DNA from: Nitrososphaeraceae archaeon
GTDB taxonomy: Archaea; Thermoproteota; Nitrososphaeria; Nitrososphaerales; Nitrososphaeraceae
Direction of reading: 5' to 3'
Length of the DNA: 58,994 nucleotides
NCBI GenBank assembly: GCA_049591355.1
Contig: JBAWET010000048.1
Span: 1-58,994 of the forward strand
Part shown: positions 32,858 through 42,902 of the stretch, piece after piece
How the letters are laid out: each line of letters begins with the position of its first letter
Numbering within the stretch: position 1 is the stretch's first letter
Program-made: the position numbers and the translations under genes
The notes under the pieces: generated by a model
Seen by the model: only the letters and a program-made list of their open reading frames with translations
Told to the model about the DNA's origin: nothing
Databases searched by the model: none

Positions 32858-33466
32858 TTGAGCGGTTTACCATTCGACTATGAACTATTGATACTCGTAT
32901 GTTCTATTACAGTATTTGGGTTGATTGTTGATCCGACAAGTCATGTAATTGCCACTTCCGAAAAGACGGCAGCTTCTTCCTCTATTAAGGAAACTATTGA
33001 TCAAGTGGTATCAGACACTTTGAATGGAATGATGGAGGACACAATTAACAGTTTATTGAAGAACACTTCGCAGAATCTTATAGCTGACGATAATACGTCA
33101 AATACCGGGTTTCAAAATAAACTACCTTCAAGTGTAGATATAGCTCAGATTACTAGCAACACAACTCAAGCTCAAGAAACAGAACATACTGAGCCAAATA
33201 ATCCAATAAATAATGAGGATACAAATCAAAATACTAAAAGTCACGCTACAAATGAAGTCTTGGTCAATCAACAAAATGAATCTGCCAAGTTAAATCGTGC
33301 CGACATAAGTCAGGCTACTATACAAATTCCGCATAATTCCTCATTCGTTGACGGCAATAATAGTAACTCTGAAAGCGCAAAAAATCAAACTAGTTCAAAT
33401 CATGTAAAACCCACCAACTTTATCGATGATCTAATTTACAAAGTCAGACAGTTCTTCTTCAAGTGA
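32858..33466 (+). CDS. Secreted/anchored Asn/Ser/Thr-rich hypothetical protein
   Basis: N-terminal hydrophobic stretch and low-complexity body. Confidence 0.55.
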   Translation: MSGLPFDYELLILVCSITVFGLIVDPTSHVIATSEKTAASSSIKETIDQVVSDTLNGMMEDTINSLLKNTSQNLIADDNTSNTGFQNKLPSSVDIAQITSNTTQAQETEHTEPNNPINNEDTNQNTKSHATNEVLVNQQNESAKLNRADISQATIQIPHNSSFVDGNNSNSESAKNQTSSNHVKPTNFIDDLIYKVRQFFFK

Positions 33467-33582
33467 AGTCAAAAGTGTTGTTATTCATGAAACCCTGATG
33501 TCTGCCGATCATCAACTAAACCTAATATTATTTAAGAAGATAACCCAAGTAATGTGTATATACTTCCATTCGCGCCTTTTAA

Positions 33583-34146
33583 GTGAACAACATGCAAGAG
33601 GGTGATAATCAAAAACCCAATTCTTATGTGGTACCGAATTTGGTAGTGTCTATTTCAATAAATGATATTACTGTTCAATTCAGCGGATCCAGCGAATCTG
33701 TACTTTCATCAGTAATGACATTCATTTCGAAACACGTTCCTACTCTTGACTTAGCCAAAAGAATATCGTTAAATTATTCTACAACCGAACTCATTGAACA
33801 ATTTGGCAATTTCGTAAAAATAACGCCTGAAGGACCTATGGTGGATGTCTCTTTCTCTCACGTAAAATTATCTGACAAACAGGTGGTTGTTCTGTACCTA
33901 GTAGCTATGAAAATAGCAAAGGAATTGGGCAAGGCTGAGAACGAAAAAGTATCTATACCGCAGATTCAATCAACTACGGGTTTAAATCCAAAATCAATAA
34001 GCTCACGACTTTCAGAATTGGTCAAGTCAGGACTTGTGATAAAGGAATCAAACAAGAACGGACCACAAATAGGATTGTATGTTATTAGCACTGCAGGAAT
34101 TCACTGGCTTGCGTCGAGTCTTTTGAAAAAAAAGAAGCCCTTATAG
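33583..34146 (+). CDS. Winged-helix DNA-binding protein
   Basis: IQSTTGLNPKSISSRLSELVKSGLV HTH. Confidence 0.75.
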   Translation: MNNMQEGDNQKPNSYVVPNLVVSISINDITVQFSGSSESVLSSVMTFISKHVPTLDLAKRISLNYSTTELIEQFGNFVKITPEGPMVDVSFSHVKLSDKQVVVLYLVAMKIAKELGKAENEKVSIPQIQSTTGLNPKSISSRLSELVKSGLVIKESNKNGPQIGLYVISTAGIHWLASSLLKKKKPL

Positions 34147-34677
34147 AGTTTGATGGTTTGTGTCCTGAGATATGTATTCCTTTTGAATATAGCGGTAATT
34201 TCGTATAGTCCCTACTCTTACCAAAGTCCTCTCTCGGACCATGTCTGTGAGTGAATGTGATACTGCTGTTCTGTCATAATTGTAACCCCGCCTTGAAATC
34301 TCCTCATGAATTTGACCCAGTTGTCTTTCTTCAGTAAAGAAATTATCACTTAGCAACGAATCTATTAAACTTCTACAAGTCATACCAATCCTTTGAGATG
34401 GTCGCCGTTCGCCATAATTTACACCCACAGATGAAGGCAACGATTCAACTGATGTTAGTCTAGATTTCAATTCTTCAATTTGACGTTTTAATTCAACTAC
34501 CTCATTTGCAATACCCGGAATTTCAATCCCCGTCGAATCAACTCCCGACAACACGTTTTCAATCACGCTCTTTAGTTTATCTTCCTTGCATGTGATCTCG
34601 ACCTCCCAATCATTATGCTTTAGCCTGACTTTGACTTCATCAGAGTCAGATTCAGTCGCGATTGAGGGGTCACTCAT
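34141..34677 (-). CDS. Coiled-coil plus winged-helix protein
   Basis: FFTEERQLGQIHEEISRRGYNYDRTAVSHSLTDMVR..L.RVG....YRY. Confidence 0.75.
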   Translation of the reverse strand: MSDPSIATESDSDEVKVRLKHNDWEVEITCKEDKLKSVIENVLSGVDSTGIEIPGIANEVVELKRQIEELKSRLTSVESLPSSVGVNYGERRPSQRIGMTCRSLIDSLLSDNFFTEERQLGQIHEEISRRGYNYDRTAVSHSLTDMVRERTLVRVGTIRNYRYIQKEYISQDTNHQTL

Positions 34678-34773
34678 TAAAGTATCTCTTGGGTAATTGT
34701 GAGAATAACATAAACTTGTTGGTGTTCATATTGTGCATCATGCGCAATATTAATAAATAACTAGTCAGGTATA

Positions 34774-35808
34774 TTGTTGTTCAACATGAATGCACAATTA
34801 AATCTTCAACAACATATGGATTCCAAACTATTGGGGAGCCTCTTAGAAATGTCACCGCTTGATTCATTTTTGAGTGTAGGTGGTGCATTAAGAGGAAAAA
34901 ACGTTGTATTCACATCAGATGATAAATCACTAGTTCCATTGGGGAGATGGAAGAATGACATTCATGCATTTAGCGAGGTACCAATAAATCCAATTCCAGT
35001 TTCGAAAGAACCGTCTATCGTATGTGGCACAGATTCAAGCTGCATAAAAATCGCGGAAACTGAAGACGGAACACTTTATGCTGTAAAGTGTGGCGTAGTG
35101 TTCTGTCTTTCTATGCAGGTCGTACTGCATCTCAGGATAGGGCCACTACTATTTTATATAACAGAGAGTACCCTTTCTGGTTCGGATCTTGATTCCCGGT
35201 TAGTGAAAGTTGTCTCCTTCGATTCAGATATCGCAAAGAGAATGATTAGAATTAATGTTGAAAGGTTAATCCAGTTTGAGCTGTCAAAGTTGCTACGAGG
35301 ATCGGTTATACTAGTCGACGGGGCGTTAAAGGCTTCCATATTTGAAAATAGACATTACAACGTGAAGAAAATATTAGAAAATTGTGCTCTACACAAAAAT
35401 TCGTTGTTGGGAATTGGGAAGAGTACCAAATTTAAGATACTCGATATGGTATCGGGTAATCTAAGGACAACTAACTATCCAGCAGTACTTGATGTAAGCT
35501 TCATAATCAAAAGTCTCGTAAAGAATACCTTTGGATACAACACCATGGTAAAGTTTGCTAATAACAGTTTAGTACTGAGGGCTGATGTTGCAGCCAAGGA
35601 TAATGAGGAGGTGATAAGCTCTTTAGGCAAAATACGCGGTAATGATTTGCTTCCATCTGGGTATCCAGAATGTCTAAGTATGGCTCACCATATATCGTGT
35701 TTCTCGAATACCGAAATATTCGGCATTCGAGGGCACATTTTGAATAACTATGAAGTAGTAGAATTACCGTCACACGATGTGAGAAGACACCTGCTAGGCT
35801 CTATATAG
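34774..35808 (+). CDS. nurA: NurA-family nuclease
   Basis: GTDSS, LVDGAL, GIGKST and GYPECL..AH; immediately upstream of herA. Confidence 0.82.
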   Translation: MLFNMNAQLNLQQHMDSKLLGSLLEMSPLDSFLSVGGALRGKNVVFTSDDKSLVPLGRWKNDIHAFSEVPINPIPVSKEPSIVCGTDSSCIKIAETEDGTLYAVKCGVVFCLSMQVVLHLRIGPLLFYITESTLSGSDLDSRLVKVVSFDSDIAKRMIRINVERLIQFELSKLLRGSVILVDGALKASIFENRHYNVKKILENCALHKNSLLGIGKSTKFKILDMVSGNLRTTNYPAVLDVSFIIKSLVKNTFGYNTMVKFANNSLVLRADVAAKDNEEVISSLGKIRGNDLLPSGYPECLSMAHHISCFSNTEIFGIRGHILNNYEVVELPSHDVRRHLLGSI

Positions 35809-35810
35809 AT

Positions 35811-37268
35811 ATGAAGATCCTCTCGAAAAACGGGAATGAACTCACACTCATTGCAATGAAAAATGAAGTGGTACATAAAGGAGATTATCTTATAGTGGAC
35901 GATAGAAAATTTAGCCGGAAGATGATAGTCCAGATTTATGATGAAGATTATCTTTCTTCCCAAAATCTGCTTGAGGATATAGTAAGAGATGAAGTAATAT
36001 TAGCCTGTAGTGAGGAGAATCTACACGATCCTCTAAATATAAGCAGTCTCTCAAAATTAATTAGAGATGCACGCCTGATCCGAACAAAAATTAGGTCAAC
36101 TATGGATATCAACGGAAGAATATCTAGCGACATATCGTGGATCCCTTCTCGTGTTTTTTCATCTGTGAAAAAACTGTCCGTACCAGAATTGAGCGATCTG
36201 TTGAATCGTGTTGGAGTCCTGTCAATTAATATCGGACAAACAGGAAAAAAAGGTGAGAATTTTAAGATCTATGCTGAAGATTTGGACGGAAAACTAAACA
36301 TAATAACGGGGAAGAAGGAATCAGGCAAATCACATTTATCAAAACTATTGATAAAATCTTTAGTAGAACATGGTGCCTATGTCATAGTATTCGATCTCAA
36401 CAACGAGTATGGAGGCCTAGGATGTACTTGCAGTGGCAAGCCTTCATCCATAAATGATCGTACCTTAATTCTAGAACCAGGAGGTCTACTAAAATTTAGA
36501 CTGGATTATTGTGGTAAGTTTACGATCTCAAATATACTCAAGAATTCTCTAGATATGCCGTCAGCATCATTGAGGGAGTTTGGGAGAATTTGGGACAAGC
36601 TCCAAGGTACGGGGAAGCTCGATGTGGAATCCCTGGGTGAAATGATTAATCGCGTAAACATGAATGAACTAGTACGAGATGCTCTCGTATCAAGACATCA
36701 TTTACTCCATAACTCAGGACTGTTTTCGTTGGAAACAGGTAATAGTGGTCTTGAATTTGAAAAAATTACTGAGACCAAGCCAAATGGAGCGGCGTTGATT
36801 ATAAGTTTACATAAAGTTAGCGCTGTAATTCGAAAGATGATTGTGGAACTTGTTCTGAGCAAACTTGTAGAATTGTTAGACAAGCAATTAATACCTCCAA
36901 TATTCTTGTTCGCAGAAGAAGCACATCTATACGTGAAAGAAACTTACTGGGACGATATCATTACTAGAATGAGGCATTTTGGAATATTTACTACTTTTAT
37001 AACGAACCAACCTGATGCCCTTGGAGATAGCATATATCGCCAGGTCGACAACATCTTTTTGTTTAATTTTGTTAATGAGTCCGATCTTGAGAAGATATCG
37101 AGGGTCTCTTTGATTGATAACGACACTATAAAATCAGTAGTTAGAACCCTTCCACAGAGACATTGTTTAGTCGTGGGAAAAGTGGTCCGAGATCTTCCAA
37201 TAGTTGCAATAATCCCTCCCATAGACATAGTGACACTCGGAGCAACAAAAAAATTCTTTAAACCTTAA
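35811..37268 (+). CDS. herA: HerA/FtsK-family ATPase
   Basis: Walker A GKKESGKS, FDLNNEY, Walker B FAEEAH, RMRHFG and TNQP. Confidence 0.88.
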   Translation: MKILSKNGNELTLIAMKNEVVHKGDYLIVDDRKFSRKMIVQIYDEDYLSSQNLLEDIVRDEVILACSEENLHDPLNISSLSKLIRDARLIRTKIRSTMDINGRISSDISWIPSRVFSSVKKLSVPELSDLLNRVGVLSINIGQTGKKGENFKIYAEDLDGKLNIITGKKESGKSHLSKLLIKSLVEHGAYVIVFDLNNEYGGLGCTCSGKPSSINDRTLILEPGGLLKFRLDYCGKFTISNILKNSLDMPSASLREFGRIWDKLQGTGKLDVESLGEMINRVNMNELVRDALVSRHHLLHNSGLFSLETGNSGLEFEKITETKPNGAALIISLHKVSAVIRKMIVELVLSKLVELLDKQLIPPIFLFAEEAHLYVKETYWDDIITRMRHFGIFTTFITNQPDALGDSIYRQVDNIFLFNFVNESDLEKISRVSLIDNDTIKSVVRTLPQRHCLVVGKVVRDLPIVAIIPPIDIVTLGATKKFFKP

Positions 37269-37457
37269 TCGCAGAGGTTTAGGCTTTTAGCAAGAACAAC
37301 TATTGCCAATGTTTTTTTCTGAAATGAAGATTTGGGGTGGCATTTTAAGCCATCTTAGGGTACAGATTTATTTGAAGCTATGGAAAATAAGAATTCTATG
37401 ATAATTACTAAATAGTATTCAAGAAAAGTTATATTTTTTATTTGTGAAAGTTTATTT

Positions 37458-37471
37458 GAAAACCTTATATT
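37458..37471 (+). promoter_or_regulatory. BRE/TATA element of the PII gene, likely leaderless transcript
   Basis: GAAAACCTTATATT ending about 24 nt before the ATG at 37495. Confidence 0.55.
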
Positions 37472-37494
37472 GTGACCTTTTTTTATAGCAAATT

Positions 37495-37842
37495 ATGAAA
37501 CGTATAGAAGCTATTATCGCTAGCGAAAAGATATCTGAATTAAACGCTGCTTTGAAACAAATTGGAGTGGGTGGATGTACGATACTAGATGCCAAAGGAA
37601 GAGGAAAAGGAGAAAAACCCATGGTGGAAGCCCAGAGAGGCACTGCTCGATTCGCTGCGGAATTCTCTGTTAGAGCAAATGTAGTAACTGTAGTCGAAGA
37701 TTCCCAATTAGAAAAGGTTATCAAAACCATATTAGACACTATAAGCACGGGTTCAGCAGGTGATGGCAAAATCTTTGTATCGACGGTAATTGATGCAATT
37801 GACATAGGCACAAAGACACATGGAGAAGAGGCAATAAGTTAG
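37495..37842 (+). CDS. glnB: Nitrogen regulatory protein P-II
   Basis: MKRIEAII, KGRG and TGSAGDGKIFVS. Confidence 0.93.
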   Translation: MKRIEAIIASEKISELNAALKQIGVGGCTILDAKGRGKGEKPMVEAQRGTARFAAEFSVRANVVTVVEDSQLEKVIKTILDTISTGSAGDGKIFVSTVIDAIDIGTKTHGEEAIS

Positions 37843-38004
37843 TTTGCTCCAAGAATAACAGTTTATTTGCTACCAAATCCTGTATAAAGTTAGGGTAAAT
37901 CGTAGCTCAGAGATCTCGAATTAAAAAACTCTAGGCCTCTATTGTTTTTTAGAAAAATGATAGCATATCACTTTTAAGTCGGGGGGAGAAGTTCTTGGAT
38001 ATTC

Positions 38005-38802
38005 ATGAGTATTGGAAGAGAGATTAGATTGAGTCGCATTCTTAAAAAAAATAAGATGCTCTGTATTCCAATGGATCATGGTATTACAAACGGTCCCATA
38101 TCCGGCATAGAGAATATTCATGATACTATCTACCAGTGCGAAAATACAGGTCTGACATGCATCATTGTTAATAAGGGAATTATCAAGAGTCTTCCCCGTC
38201 CACCTACCGTTGGGGTGATCGCTCATATGTCCGGAAGTACGTCATTAGGTCCGGATCCAAACAAGAAAATGCTTATGGGAAGTGTGGAGGAGTCTATAAG
38301 ATTAGGCGCAGATGCCGTCTCTGTCCACATTAATATTGGAGCCAGAGAGGAGCCAGAAATGCTTCAAGCATTGGGCATGGTTTCTGACAAGTGTAACGAA
38401 TGGAATGTCCCATTGATTGCTATGATGTACCCAAGAGGTGAGAACATAAAGAACCCACATGACCATAATATTGTTGCACATGTCGCGAGGATTGGAGCTG
38501 AGGCCGGAGCTGACATTGTCAAGACTGTGTATACCGGAGATATTTCTTCCTTCAAGCAAGTCATCAGAGGATGCCCTGTACCAATAGCAATTGCGGGAGG
38601 ACCAAAGGCTACAACAGATGCCGAAATCTTAGACATGTGTGCTGGTGCTATGGAGGCAGGAGCTATTGGCGTAACTTTCGGCCGAAATATTTTTCAACAT
38701 AGAAATCCTCCCGCTATATTAAAATCACTATCTAAAGTTATCTTTGAGGGAAAAAAACCAAAGGGATTGTTAAAAGATCTTGACAAATCAACGACAAACT
38801 AA
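38005..38802 (+). CDS. 2-amino-3,7-dideoxy-D-threo-hept-6-ulosonate synthase (class I aldolase, AroA')
   Basis: PMDHG, MMYPRG, GADIVKT, AGGPK and GRNIFQH; coupled to DHQ synthase II. Confidence 0.88.
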   Translation: MSIGREIRLSRILKKNKMLCIPMDHGITNGPISGIENIHDTIYQCENTGLTCIIVNKGIIKSLPRPPTVGVIAHMSGSTSLGPDPNKKMLMGSVEESIRLGADAVSVHINIGAREEPEMLQALGMVSDKCNEWNVPLIAMMYPRGENIKNPHDHNIVAHVARIGAEAGADIVKTVYTGDISSFKQVIRGCPVPIAIAGGPKATTDAEILDMCAGAMEAGAIGVTFGRNIFQHRNPPAILKSLSKVIFEGKKPKGLLKDLDKSTTN

Positions 38803-39844
38803 GGAACTGATCGTTCGACCCAGAGTGAATGGAGCCAGTTTAGATGTTTTCATCTCAAATCTTGCTGGGGTATCGTTGATATACGCTGACCCTAATTTTG
38901 TGAAAGATGAGAGATTTAAGACAATATTTCCATCTGAAAATGCAGATTTTGTTGTATGCGATTCGATTGAATCATTGAGGAAAATTAAAAGGAAAAACAA
39001 ATCTGTTGGCTACTACAAAAAGGTTGTCACTAATGAAGATCTTGACGAGATTTCGGAAGCCTCAAAGGAAGGAGCTCAATTTGTCATTGTTGATGCTACA
39101 GATTGGAAGATAATTCCCCTTGAGAATTTAATTGCTAAACTTCAGACGAGTGGAACAAAGATATTTGCTAATGCAAAGAATTCTGACGAAGTTAGAACAA
39201 TGTTCTCTGTACTAGAACTTGGTGTTGATGGAGTAATACTGACTACCGATGACTTGAAGGAAGTCGAAAATTCAAAGTCCAATCTAGAGAATGTTTTGTT
39301 TAGCTTGGGAAATGCAAGGGTAGTTGAGGTGAAAGATGTGGGCGTCGGCGAGAGAGTATGTGTTGACACAGCTTCAATTATGGTGTATGGCGAAGGAATG
39401 CTTGTTGGTAATAAGTCAAATTTTTTATTTTTGATACATAATGAATCGATAGGATCATCATTTACGTCACCGCGACCATTCAGAGTAAATGCTGGAGCAG
39501 TTCATTGTTATACGATTTTGCCAAACGGAACAACAAAATATCTTTCTGAATTGGAATCAGGAGTGGAAGTACTGATTGTTAATAATGAGGGTGTGGGAAG
39601 AAGGTCCATAGTAGGACGTTCAAAGATAGAGACGAGGCCCTTAAGGTTGATTCGAGCAGAATCTAATGGCGAATTTGGTAGTGTTATCGTCCAGAATGCG
39701 GAGACTATCCGGTTGGTATCTAAAGATAAGAAATTGATACCTGTTACGGAGATAAAAATAGGTGACGAAATAGTGACCTATGCAAAACCTACTTCAGGAA
39801 GACATTTCGGAATGCAGGTTAATGAGTTCATCTTAGAAAAATAA
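38780..39844 (+). CDS. 3-dehydroquinate synthase II (AroB')
   Basis: DWKIIPLENLIA, GERVCVDT, RPFRVNAGAVH and QNAETIRL. Confidence 0.93.
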   Translation: MTNQRQTKELIVRPRVNGASLDVFISNLAGVSLIYADPNFVKDERFKTIFPSENADFVVCDSIESLRKIKRKNKSVGYYKKVVTNEDLDEISEASKEGAQFVIVDATDWKIIPLENLIAKLQTSGTKIFANAKNSDEVRTMFSVLELGVDGVILTTDDLKEVENSKSNLENVLFSLGNARVVEVKDVGVGERVCVDTASIMVYGEGMLVGNKSNFLFLIHNESIGSSFTSPRPFRVNAGAVHCYTILPNGTTKYLSELESGVEVLIVNNEGVGRRSIVGRSKIETRPLRLIRAESNGEFGSVIVQNAETIRLVSKDKKLIPVTEIKIGDEIVTYAKPTSGRHFGMQVNEFILEK

Positions 39845-39944
39845 TCCTCTACTCTCTCCATATTCAACTAATTTTGTTCATAATCCGGTTTATTATTTTT
39901 GAGTATGGCGAATATTGACACATACGTGACAAATATGGGCTCTA

Positions 39945-40814
39945 ATGTTACTTCAAGGGTTTGAAAATTCAATACATACAGGAGATTGCAAGAATATTCT
40001 TGAAAAATTACCTGCAGACTCAATTCAACTCACTATAACTTCCCCTCCTTATAGGAACGCAATAGATTACAGCATGCACGTAGAAGGAAATGGATACTAT
40101 CGTGGGAGTACGCGCATTTCAACTACTGAATACCTCAATGACATGATTGAAATATTTAACAATCATGTTTTTAGAGTTACCCGAGAAGGTGGTTACTGTT
40201 GCATAGTCATAGGAAATGAGGTTGTTAATGGTAGTATCCTTCCATTACCGCATATGCTTTTATCTAATCTGGTTCAACCGTTTGGAAACTGGAGCCTTCA
40301 TGAAGAAATAATATGGCATAAAGTTACTGGGGGAACTAACAGATATGGTTCATTTGTAATAAATCCATATCCAAAATATTTTAGGGCAAATATCATGCAT
40401 GAATTTATTCTGGTTCTTAGAAAAGGAAACGTAAATAGTGGGAGGACTCAGCGCGATGATGCACTTCCTGCTAAACATGAGGAATTCACAAAAGAAATAG
40501 CAAATTCAGTCTGGCATATTGCGCCTGTTCCACCTGGATTTATAAATCACCCATGCCCCTTTCCTGAAGAAATCCCCTATCGTTTGATGAAACTGTATTC
40601 CTACGAAGGAGACGTAATTCTTGATCCATTTAACGGTAGTGGCCAAACAACTAAAGTTGCCCACCATTTTTTAAGAGGGTATATCGGGATTGACATAATT
40701 AACGAGTATGCTAAATTAGCGAAGGGAAGATTACATGACGAACCATTACACATCAGAACAGAAGCATTGATTGCAAAATGGCAAAAAATACCCTCCCATT
40801 ACACGAGAAGCTAG
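39945..40814 (+). CDS. Beta-class N4-C/N6-A DNA methyltransferase, orphan
   Basis: TSPPY precedes HPCPFP and ILDPFNGSGQT. Confidence 0.92.
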   Translation: MLLQGFENSIHTGDCKNILEKLPADSIQLTITSPPYRNAIDYSMHVEGNGYYRGSTRISTTEYLNDMIEIFNNHVFRVTREGGYCCIVIGNEVVNGSILPLPHMLLSNLVQPFGNWSLHEEIIWHKVTGGTNRYGSFVINPYPKYFRANIMHEFILVLRKGNVNSGRTQRDDALPAKHEEFTKEIANSVWHIAPVPPGFINHPCPFPEEIPYRLMKLYSYEGDVILDPFNGSGQTTKVAHHFLRGYIGIDIINEYAKLAKGRLHDEPLHIRTEALIAKWQKIPSHYTRS

Positions 40815-41017
40815 GCTTGGTCCGATTTCTTTCTTAAAATTAAATTCATTTCATCATTCACTAACATCTCGAATTCATCCCCATCTCTAATTGTTAATGA
40901 ACTAGCTAAATCAATAGGAATAGACAGGAAAAATTCTGTTCCGAATCGTATTATTTTGTTCTCAAAAATCATTTTATTTGAGTTTTCAAAAATCGCGGTA
41001 CCTAAGTTGTCGGACAC
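40811..41017 (-). CDS. AbrB/MazE-like small protein
   Basis: RFGTEFFLSIPIDLASSLTIRDGDEFEM swapped-hairpin pattern. Confidence 0.6.
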   Translation of the reverse strand: MSDNLGTAIFENSNKMIFENKIIRFGTEFFLSIPIDLASSLTIRDGDEFEMLVNDEMNLILRKKSDQA

Positions 41018-41328
41018 TTAATGACATATTCTTGGGGAGTGATATTAACTTGTTAATCGATTATACTATAAAAGGATGCCATATTTTTTCCCTGAAGTAT
41101 TCCCAATAAAATTATTAAATATATTTTTTAATTCTGAGGCTTGTTGAATTCGAATTATTACCAAGTGGCTCCGAAAAATCGAGTTTGCCACAATGACGGC
41201 AGCATTTCTCCATCAGCTTAGATAGCGTCCATGCTCAAGGTGGGAACCTATGCAACAAATGCACAATTCTTTGCAAGCGGCGACAATTCCATGTAAGTGT
41301 AAGGTCTTGATGTCTTAGAATTAACATT

Positions 41329-41673
41329 TTATTTATCGGATTTATTTGATACATTCATCCTATTGTAACTTCTAATTGCTTGCAAAACCTCATTACTTAA
41401 CTTTAACGTATATGCAGAGACATCTTCCCCTGAAATGTGAGATAGCTCTTCTAAAAATTTTGCCTTATCCTTTCCCCTTTCAAACATTCCTCCCGATTCT
41501 TTAATACAAAGGGGAAATTTCTGCATCTTTACTGCATTTGAACGAATGTGGCGGATGAAGTCCGTGTATCCAGCGATATCATACCAATCCCAATTTTTTT
41601 CTTCAGAATACATTATCCATACATCGATAGTGTTTTGGAATAATGCCTTTTGACGTAAATCTTCTAATGTCAA
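41329..41673 (-). CDS. Hypothetical protein
   Basis: 114-aa ORF with protein-like composition. Confidence 0.65.
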   Translation of the reverse strand: MTLEDLRQKALFQNTIDVWIMYSEEKNWDWYDIAGYTDFIRHIRSNAVKMQKFPLCIKESGGMFERGKDKAKFLEELSHISGEDVSAYTLKLSNEVLQAIRSYNRMNVSNKSDK

Positions 41674-41738
41674 TTAATTAGTATAGGTTAAATTGTTACT
41701 CATTTTAGTATTTCGAGTCACGAATTCATACTAGCAGT

Positions 41739-42161
41739 TTATTCGGCCGATATTTCAAGATCTAAGCTGTTGCCGTTTCTATCGAATGCAGAAACAGTCT
41801 GATAATCATATGGGTGACTAATTATTAACGAAACAACACCAAAGTAGTTATGAAGATCCTCCAAGGAAGGCCTCATAGATCCGCTAGGATGAGAATGTAC
41901 AGTTCCTATATATGAGAGATCAAAAGGGAGCTCATAGCCTGAAAATCCTGAATAAAAAGGACCATGAGTCGAGAAAGGAGGAATAACTAATCCTGTTATA
42001 AATGTTGTATTGTCCTTATGCTTTCCTTGCAATATTAAGATGCCTTCGTTTGGATGGCAAGATTTAGCATATGTTATAACTCCGTCAGCTGCTTGCCGTG
42101 CAAGAACTACAATTCTTCTTACAGGAATCCTTGTTTGCGTTTTCTTCTTTCTGAAGAACAT
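41739..42161 (-). CDS. JAMM/MPN+ metalloprotease
   Basis: HPNEGIL...HSHPSGSMRPSLED. Confidence 0.92.
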   Translation of the reverse strand: MFFRKKKTQTRIPVRRIVVLARQAADGVITYAKSCHPNEGILILQGKHKDNTTFITGLVIPPFSTHGPFYSGFSGYELPFDLSYIGTVHSHPSGSMRPSLEDLHNYFGVVSLIISHPYDYQTVSAFDRNGNSLDLEISAE

Positions 42162-42749
42162 TTTTACTTTCTAACAGGACACCGTGTTATTTATTATTAA
42201 TCACGAAAATATGATAGGCTTTAAAATAAGAGTGTTTCCGGACTATGCTTTTCGCGTTTGTTGTTATTCTCCGGCGACAGTACTCAAACTTACTCTAAAT
42301 TTACAGAAGACTTGATTCGACGAATGAGTTCACCATATTTTGTTCTCTTTGGTTCGGGTTTTCAGACTGCTGTGCACGAAGTAGTTTTTTCGTAATTGAC
42401 AATCTAGTTCAGGTAGACTGTTAAAGTAATGACGATTACCGAGATTTATTGACAAACTATGACTATGTAGTATATTTGTCCACGATTCTGAATATAGTAA
42501 CGAATGGTCATAGTAAAATGACTCCGATAACTCCTTAATTTTAAACGGTCTGGACACTTGAAAGATATTTCCTATTTTCATTAATGTGGAAATGAGAAGT
42601 TTCAACCTGTGTCAACGAAGTTCGTGTACGCAATGACGATAACGTATGAATATATAGACGTACGGCAGAGTGTCACGATCCAAAACAGTAGGTGACAGAG
42701 TTACTTGCATTAACTTGCCCTGACAAAGTGATTTGCATAGGAAGTGTCC

Positions 42750-42792
42750 AACACACTATATTCAAGTTTCTAACACACTATATTCAAGTTTC
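42750..42792 (+). repeat. Exact 21-bp tandem duplication AACACACTATATTCAAGTTTC x2
   Basis: Copies at 42750-42770 and 42772-42792. Confidence 0.9.
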
Positions 42793-42902
42793 ATAACTAA
42801 CGATAATATCCGCATGCCCTTTTTTGTTGACGTTGCTTGACCGTTTACTTCATTAAGGCGGTTAATAGTAAATGATTTATCACCTTTAGTGCACGGTGAA
42901 TT

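Noticed and set aside
552..39369. Many antisense or alternate-frame ORFs inside carA, carB, cdc48, rpl2, sat, cysH, herA and the aro genes (e.g. 12067-12618, 16584-17156)
   Set aside because: Shadow ORFs of well-supported genes with no recognisable motifs
42750..42792. Possible CRISPR repeat
   Set aside because: Only two copies separated by 1 nt, with no spacers or cas genes
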